DNA of 17,785 nucleotides from an uncultured Gammaproteobacteria bacterium (GTDB taxonomy: Bacteria > Pseudomonadota > Gammaproteobacteria > UBA6002), in assembly GCA_963705725.1 (NCBI GenBank), contig CAVPKM010000014.1:1-17785 (forward strand). The letters are read 5' to 3'. This document shows, piece after piece, positions 1 to 11,015 of the stretch (positions are counted from its first letter, which is position 1; the number at the start of each line of letters is the position of its first letter). The position numbers and the translations under genes were made by a program. Under the pieces are notes generated by a model. The model was not told the origin of the DNA, searched no databases, and saw only the letters and a program-made list of their open reading frames with translations.

Positions 1-344
1 TAGTAATTAATTTTTTTTGCAAATGCTTTTAGATTGGGCTGTTCCATCTTTATCTTTGTTTCATAGTGGGCAGGCATCCCCATTGCCACTATTTTTTGGA
101 TTTTATGGTTGGTATTATAATAAATAAACATTTGATCTGCGGTTAGATAGGTTTCTCCTTGTGTAGCATGGACATTTCCCGCGTAATGAATCACTCCCTT
201 CTTATAATCGTAATTAACGCTATCTGCCTCTAGATAAATTTTTTCTTGGCCGAATACGGCTCCTGTTACGATTGAACCATAAAGCAATAAAATCGCTGAG
301 AAAAGCATCTGTCTTAAAATCTTAATGTGAGGATGATGGGTCAT
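1..344 (-). CDS. lptA: Lipopolysaccharide transport periplasmic protein LptA (3' end runs off the window)
   Basis: Not in the ORF track. Manual translation gives MTHHPHIKILRQMLFSAILLLYGSIVTGAVFGQEKIYLEADSVNYDYKKGVIHYAGNVHATQGETYLTADQMFIY..., a signal-like N-terminus followed by an OstA-type 'IxAD...Y.GNV...QG...L.AD' pattern, directly downstream of lptC. The start is ATG 344 (overlapping the lptC end) or ATG 308. Confidence 0.88.
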   Translation of the reverse strand, partial: MTHHPHIKILRQMLFSAILLLYGSIVTGAVFGQEKIYLEADSVNYDYKKGVIHYAGNVHATQGETYLTADQMFIYYNTNHKIQKIVAMGMPAHYETKIKMEQPNLKAFAKKINY

Positions 345-894
345 ATTCCCCTCTTGTTTTTGATAATAAGGTGATATTTCCAGTTTTGAGATCGCCTCTT
401 AACCCAACTGCGTTAATTTTAACGCCAGGTTGCGTGATGGTAATAGGTGAGGAGGTGGTGACTAAATCCTGCTTGGGAAAGACAGTTAAAAAGCTCGTTA
501 AAAGCTCTGAACCTGGGTTTTTTAAAGAAGGTTTTTGCTTTATTTTAACATTTTCATAAAGATCAAACTGGGTTGTACCATGAGATCCTCTTGCATGATG
601 GGCGGTAACTTGCCATTCTTCATTGTTTTTATATAAATAGATAACTGGCATTTTCAGATAGGAGCGATCTTCTGCTTGGTAGTGGGTCACATAGGGACTG
701 GCTAGCGTGATTTCAGGTTCCCCTTGTTCATTTGTTCGTATAAAGGAGGCATTGATCATGTAGGCATCAGGAGAATTAGGGTCATCTTTTTTGGGTTTCC
801 AATTGCCTGTTACGGTAAGATGACGAATAACGAGTAAACTGGCTAGTATTGCCAATAGAAAAAAAAGATTGATAAGAAAAACATTACGTTTCAC
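322..894 (-). CDS. lptC: LPS export ABC transporter periplasmic protein LptC
   Basis: 190 aa with a single N-terminal TM anchor and a beta-jellyroll-like 'PDAYM...HY...P.I.LY...W.V.A..A...L..NV.I' pattern. Ends 'LLSKTRGEY'. Lies between kdsC and lptA. Confidence 0.92.
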   Translation of the reverse strand: MKRNVFLINLFFLLAILASLLVIRHLTVTGNWKPKKDDPNSPDAYMINASFIRTNEQGEPEITLASPYVTHYQAEDRSYLKMPVIYLYKNNEEWQVTAHHARGSHGTTQFDLYENVKIKQKPSLKNPGSELLTSFLTVFPKQDLVTTSSPITITQPGVKINAVGLRGDLKTGNITLLSKTRGEYDPSSSH

Positions 895-1448
895 TAATCT
901 TCACAAGTAGAAAATAAAAACTGCTCGCAAATTTTTTGTAATTTTTGCTGGGCAGAAAGAATAAATTCACAAGCTTCACGTACTGCCCCTTGGCCCCCTG
1001 AACGTGAAGTAATCCAATCTGCATGTTGCTGGACAAATGATGTAGCATTGGCAACAGCAATTCCTAAGCCTGATCGTTGCATTGAGCCGAGGTCAATTAA
1101 ATCATCGCCAATAAAACAAATTTGGTGATCTTGTAAATTTGCTTGTTTTTTAATCATTTCATAAGCGTGTAATTTATCTTCTTGTCCTTGAGAAATATAT
1201 TTTATGCCAAGCTCACTCATTCTTTTTTCAACTATAGTTGAAGTGCGAGCGGTGACGACGCCTACCTCAATTTTTGCTTTTAGTAACATTTTTATCCCTA
1301 AGCCATCTTGGCTATGGAATGCTTTATATTCGATTCCTTCACTGGTGAAATAAATTTTACCATCGGTAAGCACCCCATCTACATCAAGTAGCACAAGTGA
1401 AATGAGTTTAGCTTTATCTAAAGCGGGAGAAGATTTTAACATAAGCAC
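894..1448 (-). CDS. kdsC: 3-deoxy-D-manno-octulosonate 8-phosphate phosphatase (HAD family)
   Basis: HAD motif 'LDVDGVLTDG', plus 'DGLGIK', 'FIGDDLIDL' and 'GGQGAVRE'. Canonical kdsD-kdsC-lptC-lptA order. Confidence 0.96.
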   Translation of the reverse strand: MLMLKSSPALDKAKLISLVLLDVDGVLTDGKIYFTSEGIEYKAFHSQDGLGIKMLLKAKIEVGVVTARTSTIVEKRMSELGIKYISQGQEDKLHAYEMIKKQANLQDHQICFIGDDLIDLGSMQRSGLGIAVANATSFVQQHADWITSRSGGQGAVREACEFILSAQQKLQKICEQFLFSTCED

Positions 1449-2417
1449 CTATAATCCTGCATTTAATAAATCGTGAAGGTGGGCGACACCAAGTAGATCA
1501 TTGTCGTTATCGACCACCAGTAATGAGGTTATTTTATAGTTTTCCATAATTTGTAAGGCTTCAATTGCTAGTAATGTTGAGGGATAGTTTTGCAAGATTT
1601 TGTCATGACAACTTTAATGGGTGTACTATGTACGTCAATACTTTTATTTAACGTGCGACGTAAGTCCCCATCAGTATAAATTCCCACCAATCTTTTCTCG
1701 TGATCAATCACAGATGTCATCCCAAGATTTTTTTGGGTCATCTCAACGAGTGCTTCCTTAATTAAGGCGTCTTCATGAACAGTGGGAAGTTGTTCACCAC
1801 AGCGCATGAGGTCATGAATTTTAAGTAAAAGTCGTTTTCCTAAACTACCACCTGGATGAAAAAAAGCGAAAATCTTCTGCGGTAAAGCCTCTTGCTTCTA
1901 GTAAGGCGATGGCAATGGCATCTCCCATCACTAGGCTAGCTGTAGTACTCGTAAGTGAGCTAAGCCTAAGGGCAAGTTTCTTTTGCTACCTTGATATCAA
2001 TATTAACCGTTGCTTTTTTTGCTAATGTTGATTGTTCATTCCCGGTCAAAGTAATCAAGGGCACATTTAAATGTTTGATAAAGGGAATTAAATTCAAAAT
2101 TTCATTTGTTTCCCCAGAATCAGAAATCGCCAGGATAATATCCTCGTTGTCACCATTTCCATATCGCCATGACTCGCTTCTGCAGGATGGATAAAGAAAG
2201 AAGGTGTTCCTGTGCTCGCTAAAGTAGCGGCGATCTTATTTCCGATATGTCCGGATTTTCCCATTCCAAGTACAATCACGCGGCCTGTACATTTTAGTAA
2301 ATATTGGCAAGCTATCGCAAAATTATCATCAATTCGATGGAGTAGACTCTCAATCGCGCTGATTTCAGTTTTAATGGCAGTGCGAGCTGAGGAGCAGATT
2401 TTTTCATTCGAAAACAT
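1449..2417 (-). pseudogene. kdsD: Arabinose-5-phosphate isomerase KdsD (KpsF/GutQ family), frameshifted as assembled (probably sequencing error)
   Basis: SIS motifs 'GMGKSGHIGNKIAATLASTGTP..F.HPAEASHGD', 'STTASLVMGDAIAIALLEARGFTAEDF' and 'HPGGSLGKRLLL', CBS pair 'GIYTDGDLRR', and the C-terminus 'HLHDLLNAGL*' (TAG 1451-1449) lie in different frames. Breaks at about 2146, 1970, 1957, 1870 and 1578. Full length (969 bp) is retained. Confidence 0.92.
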
Positions 2418-2527
2418 GATGAATAACTTTCCTTTTTTTGTAATTAGATTCGCGATGATTATACTCGAATTTACTCATTGGTCAAAAAAACGGGGAGAAG
2501 TGAAGTGTTAAGTTGTTGATTACCTAT

Positions 2528-2536
2528 TGCTATGCT
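2528..2536 (+). promoter_or_regulatory. Possible extended -10 promoter element for the mla-murA operon
   Basis: TGcTATGCT (TGn plus a 4/6 match to TATAAT) about 35 bp upstream of the mlaF ATG in the divergent kdsD/mlaF spacer. The -35 match is poor. Confidence 0.25.
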
Positions 2537-2571
2537 AAACATATAAATACTTTATTCCAAATAAGAACGCC

Positions 2572-3383
2572 ATGGATTGTAAACAAGAGTTAAACCCACA
2601 CCTGATCACAATCAAGGACATATCCTTTGCGCATGATGATCGTCTTATTTTTAATAACCTTAACATTACGGTGAAAGGGGTAAAATTGTAGCTATCATGG
2701 GCCAAGTGGTACGGGCAAAACGACTTTGTTGAACCTCATTTGCGGAGAATTAAAACCATCATCTGGAACAATTCATGTCAATGGGGCCAATATTCATGAA
2801 ATTTCAAGAGCTGAATTATATCGGCAACGCAGGCAAATGGGCGTATTGTTTCAAAGTGGTGCATTATTTACTGATCTCAGCGTGATAGAAAATGTGGCCT
2901 TTCCGCTTCGTGAACACACCGCATTACCAGAAGAACTCATACGTGACCTAGCCTTAATGAAGTTGCAAGCAGTAGGTCTTGAGGAGCTTGCGACCTCAAA
3001 CCAAATCAACTTTCAGGTGGAATGGCGAGGCGGGTAGCGCTCGCTCGTTGCTTGGCGCTTGATCCCAACCGTTAATGTATGACGAACCCTTCACGGGACA
3101 AGATCCGGTTACGATGGGTATTTTAGTAGCGTTAATCAAAAAAATTAATCAAGTACTAGGTGTGACTTCATCATTGCTCTCACTATGTCGTTGAAACTGC
3201 TTCAATCTGCTGATCGCGCATTTATATTCTGCTTGATGGTAAGGTAATCGGCCAAGGCACGCCTGATGAAATTATGCATGGGAACCACCTGCAGATGTGC
3301 ATCAATTTGTGAATGGATTGCCAGATGGTGTGATTCCTTTTCTCCATTTTCCGAGGGGCGACGATGAGGATTTGCAATTATGA
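2572..3383 (+). pseudogene. mlaF: Phospholipid ABC transporter ATP-binding protein MlaF (Ttg2A), frameshifted as assembled
   Basis: ATG 2572 (MDCKQELNPHLITIKDISF). Walker A 'SGTGKTTLL' (~2705), 'MGVLFQSGALFTDLSVIENVAFPLREHT', signature 'LSGGMARRVALAR' (~3010), Walker B 'MYDEPFTGQDP' (~3075) and 'QFVNGLPDGVIPF' are spread over several frames. The stop TGA 3381-3383 overlaps the next ATG. Confidence 0.9.
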
Positions 3384-4160
3384 TCTTAAGTCTGTGCAGC
3401 TCTTGGAAAAATGGGGATAAAGTTTTCAGGCCGTCTGGGCCAATCTGGATCGTTTTTGATCAAACACCGGTTCGTTACCCGGCAGTGTTCTGGGGAAATT
3501 TTCGGGTGATGCTATACAGCAACTATTCAGCGTAGGATAATTGTCATTGACCCCCATTCGCGTTTCCGCATTATTTATTGGTTTAAGTTTTAGCACTTTA
3601 AGGTTTTCATACGATGGTGTCGTTTTAGCGCTGAACAACAATTAGGTCAATTAGTGGCGTTAAGCGTCGTAAGAGAATATAACGGGTTGTGACTGCATTA
3701 TTATTTGCAGGGAGGGCGGGTACAGCGTTAACAGCAAAATTGGTTTGATGAATGCGACCGAACAAATTGATAGCATGGAAATAATGGCAGTCGATCCGCT
3801 TTGGCGGGTCGTTTCACCACGTTTTTGGGCGGGATTTATCTCGATGCCTGTATTAACGCTTATTTTTAATATCGTGGCAATTTATGGCGGATACTTAATG
3901 GGAGTAAAATGGTTCGGTTTTCATCCAGGTTCTTTTTGGTCGAACATGCAATCGGAAGTAATTTTCGTTTAGATATAGTCAACGGAATAATTAAAAGTTT
4001 GGTCTTCTGTTTCATCGTCAGCTGATTGCGGTAGTACCAAGGTTATTGTGAGCCTACGGCGCCAGGTATCAGTCAAGCCACGACGAAAACAGTTGTGTAT
4101 TCTTCGTTAGCTGTTTTAGGTTTTGATTTTATTTTGACTGCTGTCATGTTAGAAGGATGA
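3380..4160 (+). pseudogene. mlaE: Lipid asymmetry ABC transporter permease MlaE, frameshifted as assembled
   Basis: Recognisable blocks 'LLFAGRAGTALTA' (~3700), 'MNATEQIDSMEIMAVDPLWRVVSPRFWAG' (3748) and '[31 protein letters not shown]' (TGA 4158-4160), separated by many indels. Confidence 0.9.
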
Positions 4161-4164
4161 GAAT

Positions 4165-4625
4165 ATGGGAACAAAATTATAGAAATGACCGTTGGGCTTT
4201 TTTATGGTCGCAGGATTAATCGTCCTATCCTGCTTGCATTAAAAGTAAGCGGGTATTAGTCAGGGAATAAAACGGATTATTATCTCTGTTTTTGCCGAAT
4301 TTGATAATATTCTATCTCTGAAAGAAAGAGCGCCAGTCAGAATCGCTGGAGTCAAAGGTATGGACAAAATCGAACGGATCGAATTGCAAAATAACATTTT
4401 AAAGCAAGAGTAAAACTGTTAATCAATAAGAAAGAGAACCGCTTACCTGCTGATACTTCAGAAGTATATTAACAAAGGGGTTACTGGGTTCTAATTATAT
4501 TGGGCTGACCCCAGGCTTTCAGGAAACCTCGTCAAAAGTGGCGACATGATTACGAAACTGCACCAGCTTGAATTTTGGAAAACTTAATTGGTCATTATTA
4601 ATTTAGCATTAAAAATAAAGATTAA
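4165..4625 (+). pseudogene. mlaD: Outer membrane lipid asymmetry maintenance protein MlaD (MCE domain), frameshifted as assembled
   Basis: Blocks 'IIEMTVGLF', 'FAEFDNI', 'LKERAPVRIAGV', 'GLLGSNYIGLTPG' and 'LENLIG' lie in different frames. Stop TAA 4623-4625. Confidence 0.87.
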
Positions 4626-4635
4626 GGGAAGTCCT

Positions 4636-5220
4636 ATGAAAGTAAGAGCTTATCTTTATCGCTGATATTCTTGGTATTAGTATTTCCGAATACAGCAGAT
4701 GTTAGCTCAGACGTCCTGTCAATATGTTGAAGCAAGTATCACAACAAATGACGGTGGAGCTAGATAAAAACAAAGGGCATATTACCAAGCAGACAATTAA
4801 TGGTATTGTCCATCAGATTTTATTGCCCCATATCGACTTAGAATCGATGTCTCGCTCAGTAGTAGGAAGAGAATATTGGTCAGGTGCGACACCTTTGCAA
4901 AAAACAGCTTTCAAACAGGCCTTTACTAACCTCATTATCAAGGTTTACTCCACTCCTTTAGCGAGCTACGAAGATGATAAAATTGAATTTAAACCGCTTA
5001 GAGATACCTCTGCGGTCAGACCCCAAGTGGAAAGTGTCATTATTCGAAAAATGGACAACGTATACCTGTCAGCTATCGTTTAATTCAATCTGGGGGTGCT
5101 TGGAAAGTATATGATTTCAGTGTTGAAGGGATTAGCATGATAAACAGCTATCGATCTCAATTCGCTACTATTTTGCAACAAAAAGGAATGACTGGTCTCA
5201 TCAACCGTTTAAAGGGTTAA
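4636..5220 (+). pseudogene. mlaC: Phospholipid-binding periplasmic protein MlaC (Ttg2D), frameshifted as assembled
   Basis: ATG 4636. The central ORF 4724..5083 contains 'LLPHIDLESMSRSVVGREYW'. Adding one A to the A-run at ~5047-5051 restores 'RKNGQRIPVSYRLIQSGGAWKVYDFSVEGISMINSYRSQF...LKG*' (TAA 5218-5220). There is at least one further break in the signal region. Confidence 0.9.
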
Positions 5221-5224
5221 TCCT

Positions 5225-7561
<2,337 letters not shown>

Positions 7562-7594
7562 TAAATAACCAATAACAAACCTTAGGTATATATT

Positions 7595-8887
7595 ATGTTA
7601 GTACAAGATGAAGCACAGCCTTTGCATTTGCATTTGCACGAACATCCTGTCGGTAAGCTATCCGTTGCTGCTATGGTCATGTTTAGTGCGGGCTATATGA
7701 TTAGTGAACCGAATCTGGATGGCTATACGCTAGAAGAAGCGTTGGATTATATTTTCAATGAGCATATCGAATCCTCCTCTGTGCATATTGCTGGTTTTGT
7801 TATGAGCTTTCTTTCCAATATTCCACTCCTTGCCGCTATCCTTTATTTTTGGGTACGGGAAATTAAGCAGCATCATGAACATCATCATCATCATCATAAT
7901 CATTGGCAAACATTTATAGAAATCCTCACCATTGGCACACCATTTTCGCTAATGGGTGTCGCTGCCTATTTGGATACGTTATCAGAAATATTAGATGTAC
8001 AAGCGTTAACCCCGGTGCAACGGTTTTTTGTCTATGCTTTTTCTTGTTTTCCCGGATTTCTTACTGGATTCGGCGCATATAAACTTCATAGTTTTCATTT
8101 GCATGATGCAATGGAAGAAAATGGAGGAGGAATATCGGGATTTTTCAAAAGTCTTTATGCTACCTTTTTTCAAAAAGTTTGGATTGCTCATCAAGGGCAG
8201 GATTCATTGGTTTCAAAAGCGTTGGCAATATTAAATGAAGCTTGGAAAAAATATGGGATTATCGGGGTACATGGATTTTTGGGAATTTTTGCCGCAGAAG
8301 TATTTTGTAAAGAGACCGGTCTTAACAACAAATCGCCTACCGCTACCATTGTATTTAAAGCATTGCTTTCAGCGGCGGTAATGATATTTGAAGGAAATAC
8401 AGAAGCGCGTTCCCTAGATTCCTATCAGGCAGCTCCGCCTTTTGCTTATTCCCTGTACGCAAAATTAGTGGTAACTTTTTCCGGTATTTTACACACAATT
8501 CCAGCAGTTACCGCATGTTCTAGCCTAATTGGTCAAAATCAATCAGGTCCTTTTGAAGGTAAACTTTATAATGGCTTAACCTACCTAGGCGCTGCCTCAT
8601 TATTAGCTTATCCAAGCGTCTACGGCTTTTTTTCAACTACAATTAAGGGTTACCAAGAGGCGGCGAGTGCTGTAGCAAATAAAATAACAAATTTTTTCTG
8701 CAAAACTTATGAGGTAGAGGGCGATGTAGAAGAGCAAAATAACAATGAAGAAGGATGGTTCGAGCAGTCATACAAAAAACTTTCATTTTGGCGGCAGCAA
8801 GAAGAACCAGAACCAAAACCTAAAAAATATAGTCGTATTATTTTTGGGTTGGATCCTGAAAATCCAGATAGATATGTACTGATCTAA
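7595..8887 (+). CDS. Hypothetical His-rich polytopic membrane protein (~8 TM) with acidic C-terminal tail; candidate metal transporter or secreted effector
   Basis: Uninterrupted 430-aa ORF filling the whole gap between the Nif3 gene and degQ, with an AGGT RBS-like sequence ~8 nt upstream. About eight hydrophobic stretches by eye and His clusters at aa 11-17, 93-103 and 165-170. No family recognised. The confidence refers to the ORF being real; the function is speculative. Confidence 0.8.
   Translation: MLVQDEAQPLHLHLHEHPVGKLSVAAMVMFSAGYMISEPNLDGYTLEEALDYIFNEHIESSSVHIAGFVMSFLSNIPLLAAILYFWVREIKQHHEHHHHHHNHWQTFIEILTIGTPFSLMGVAAYLDTLSEILDVQALTPVQRFFVYAFSCFPGFLTGFGAYKLHSFHLHDAMEENGGGISGFFKSLYATFFQKVWIAHQGQDSLVSKALAILNEAWKKYGIIGVHGFLGIFAAEVFCKETGLNNKSPTATIVFKALLSAAVMIFEGNTEARSLDSYQAAPPFAYSLYAKLVVTFSGILHTIPAVTACSSLIGQNQSGPFEGKLYNGLTYLGAASLLAYPSVYGFFSTTIKGYQEAASAVANKITNFFCKTYEVEGDVEEQNNNEEGWFEQSYKKLSFWRQQEEPEPKPKKYSRIIFGLDPENPDRYVLI
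7622..7639 (+). repeat. Hexanucleotide tandem repeat (TTGCAY)x3 encoding LHLHLH
   Basis: ttgcat ttgcat ttgcac, read directly. Confidence 0.7.
7871..7903 (+). repeat. CAT trinucleotide tract encoding HHEHHHHHHNH
   Basis: cat cat gaa (cat)x6 aat cat, with a perfect (CAT)6 at 7880..7897. Confidence 0.85.
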
Positions 8888-8893
8888 GAATTG

Positions 8894-10258
8894 TTAGGTA
8901 ATAACAATGTAGAGCATGCCATCGGCTCGTCTAACTTTTAACAATAACTGGTCGGTGGTGTTTTTTGCCATTTGCGCGAGACGATCGATGTCAATAACCG
9001 GTTGCTCATTCGCTGTTAAAATCACGTCAAGAGGTCTTAATCCCGCAAGCCAGGCGTTGCTTGAATCATTAACTTGCAAAACTAAAACGCCTTTTACTGT
9101 TCCCATTTTAGGATCAAGCTGAACGAAGTTGCTCAAACGTACCCCAGAAAGTAACTGCTTACTGCTAGCTAGGTCTACTTTAGGAACATCTTGTATCACC
9201 GCATTGAAATTCATGCGCTCTTTATTTCGGATAGCAGTTAAGGATAATTTCGTGCCAACAGGTAAGGTTCCCACAATGCTTCTTAATTGAGCCGCATTGG
9301 TAATGGGTTCGTTATTGATAAATTGAACCACATCTTTCGACTTGAGACCAACCTTTTGGGCAGGAGAATCTGAGGTAACTTGAGTGACGAGTGCGCCTTT
9401 AGCATCGTGTATTTTAAATGCATCAGCTAAATCAGGGGTTAAATCTTGCACCATAATGCCGAGCATGCCGCGCTGTACTTTGCCATATTTGATCAGCTGA
9501 CTTGCTACATTGTTAACCATGTTGCTCGGAATAGCGAAACCAATTCCAATATTGCCGCCAAGCGGAGCTAAAATAGCCGTATTCACTCCAACAAGCTTGC
9601 CATCGATATCAACGAGTGCGCCACCTGAATTGCCCGGGTTAATTGAAGCATCTGTTTGAATAAAATTTTCATAACCTAAGGGGCCTTCAATTCCTACACT
9701 ACGATTTAAAGCGCTAACCATTCCAGAGGTAACCGTTTGTTGTAGACCAAAAGGGTTGCCAATTGCTGCCACAAAATCTCCTACCTTGAGGTTGTTTGAA
9801 TTTGCTAGAGGAATAGCTTGAAGGTGTTTTGCATAAACTTGTAGCACGGCAATGTCTGTAGCCGGATCTTCACCAATTTTTCGTGCTTTAAGGCGCCTGC
9901 CATCGCTAAGCGAAATAATTAAAACATCTGCATGCCGTATTACATGAGCATTCGTTACCAAATAGCCGTTTTCAGCATCGATAATGATGCCGGAGCCGAC
10001 GGCTTGAAAACGCGGGAATGGGTTATATTGACCTAAAACATCCCCTTTTTGTTTTTGTAGCATAGGAGGGGTTGCCTGCATAGGGGCATCTCCTTGAGCC
10101 GTAATATTGACGACTGCAGGCATGATTTTCTGTAACATATTGGCCAGCTCAGGATTTTCTGCTTTTGCGTGCAGCATAGGTGGCACTTTAGCAAGAGCGT
10201 GAGTCGTAACCAATAAGCCAACTAGCATACCAAAAATAATTTTTTTTAAGTTATTCAT
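8894..10258 (-). CDS. degQ: Periplasmic HtrA-family (Do/DegQ/DegP) serine endoprotease with two PDZ domains
   Basis: Signal peptide ending 'HALA'. Catalytic triad contexts 'VTNAHVI', 'TDIAVL' and 'IQTDASINPGNSGGAL'. Two PDZ domains ('RGMLGI...SPAQKVGL' and 'SNAWLAGLRPLDVIL'). DegQ versus DegP cannot be resolved with certainty. Confidence 0.93.
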   Translation of the reverse strand: MNNLKKIIFGMLVGLLVTTHALAKVPPMLHAKAENPELANMLQKIMPAVVNITAQGDAPMQATPPMLQKQKGDVLGQYNPFPRFQAVGSGIIIDAENGYLVTNAHVIRHADVLIISLSDGRRLKARKIGEDPATDIAVLQVYAKHLQAIPLANSNNLKVGDFVAAIGNPFGLQQTVTSGMVSALNRSVGIEGPLGYENFIQTDASINPGNSGGALVDIDGKLVGVNTAILAPLGGNIGIGFAIPSNMVNNVASQLIKYGKVQRGMLGIMVQDLTPDLADAFKIHDAKGALVTQVTSDSPAQKVGLKSKDVVQFINNEPITNAAQLRSIVGTLPVGTKLSLTAIRNKERMNFNAVIQDVPKVDLASSKQLLSGVRLSNFVQLDPKMGTVKGVLVLQVNDSSNAWLAGLRPLDVILTANEQPVIDIDRLAQMAKNTTDQLLLKVRRADGMLYIVIT

Positions 10259-11015
10259 CTATAAATCCCCTGCTTGAGAGCTAAACCAAATTAATGTTGC
10301 TATTCTACCAGTGATACCTTGATCTCTGCGATAAGAATAAAAGAATTCGGGATTATTATAAGTGCAATGTTCGCCACCATAAATAGACTTTATGCCGGAA
10401 TTTTGCAGTTGTATTTTTGCAAGCTGATAGAGGTTAGCCAACCATTTTTTATTTCCCATTGGGGTAAAAGCTGCCTCATTTGCTTCATTTAATTCAAAAA
10501 AAATTGTCCTCATCTCTTCCGAGACTTCGAAGACCTCCGGCCCAATAGCCGGTCCTAGCCAAACGAGTAAATCATTCGAGTTTTCCTGTAGGTGAGTGAT
10601 TACTTGCTGAATTATTCCCTTAGCAAGACCTCTCCAACCGGCATGAATAGCAGAAACCACCGTTCCTTTTGTGTTTGTTATCAAAATGGGCAAGCAGTCT
10701 GCGGTCAGGACAACACAAACGGTATTCGCTTGATGAGTAATGATTGCATCAGCTTGTGGGCAAAGACCTTCATAATCCGCATCTGCAATATACACTTGAT
10801 TTCCGTGACATTGATTTAGCCAAACAGGTTTAGCGGGTAAATTAAGCGTTTTTCTGAGTATTTCCCTATTCCCCATCACTACATCGATGTCATCTCCCAC
10901 GTGTGTTGCCAGATTAAAACTTGCAAAAGGGGGAGTGGCTCAAGCCTTGCATGCGCGTAGTAGTCACAGCATGAATATGCACAGGTGCAGGCCAGGTGGG
11001 CCGTATAAATTGCAT
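10259..11015 (-). pseudogene. pgeF: Peptidoglycan editing factor PgeF / purine nucleoside phosphorylase YfiH, one +1 frameshift as assembled
   Basis: ORF 10259..10900 has 'WLNQCHG', 'VLTADCLPIL', 'HAGWRGL', 'WLGPAIGP' and 'FFYSYRRD'. The true N-terminus 'MQFIRPTWPAPVHIHAVTTTRMQGLS' starts at ATG 11015 and joins 'FASFNLATHVGDD' if one base is removed near the C5T4 run (~10925-10938). Span 757 = 3n+1. Confidence 0.93.

Noticed and set aside
1568-2417. ORFs 2094..2417 (SIS) and 1568..1807 (CBS) as a naturally split two-gene system
   Set aside because: The intervening DNA still encodes the missing KdsD motifs in shifted frames, so these are fragments of one gene.
2572-5220. Programmed frameshifting, RNA editing or an alternative genetic code as the explanation for the broken mla genes
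   Set aside because: Breaks are numerous, go in both directions and share no signal. Neighbouring genes translate normally with the standard bacterial code.
7562-7594. Fur/Zur box or other operator upstream of the His-rich orphan (AATAAC-like short repeats)
   Set aside because: No convincing GATAATGATAATCATTATC-like or palindromic match; the repeats are compatible with AT-rich background.
7880-7897. His6 as an engineered tag or vector contamination
   Set aside because: It is internal, embedded in a longer natural HHEHHHHHHNH loop between TM segments, with no linker, protease site or vector sequence.
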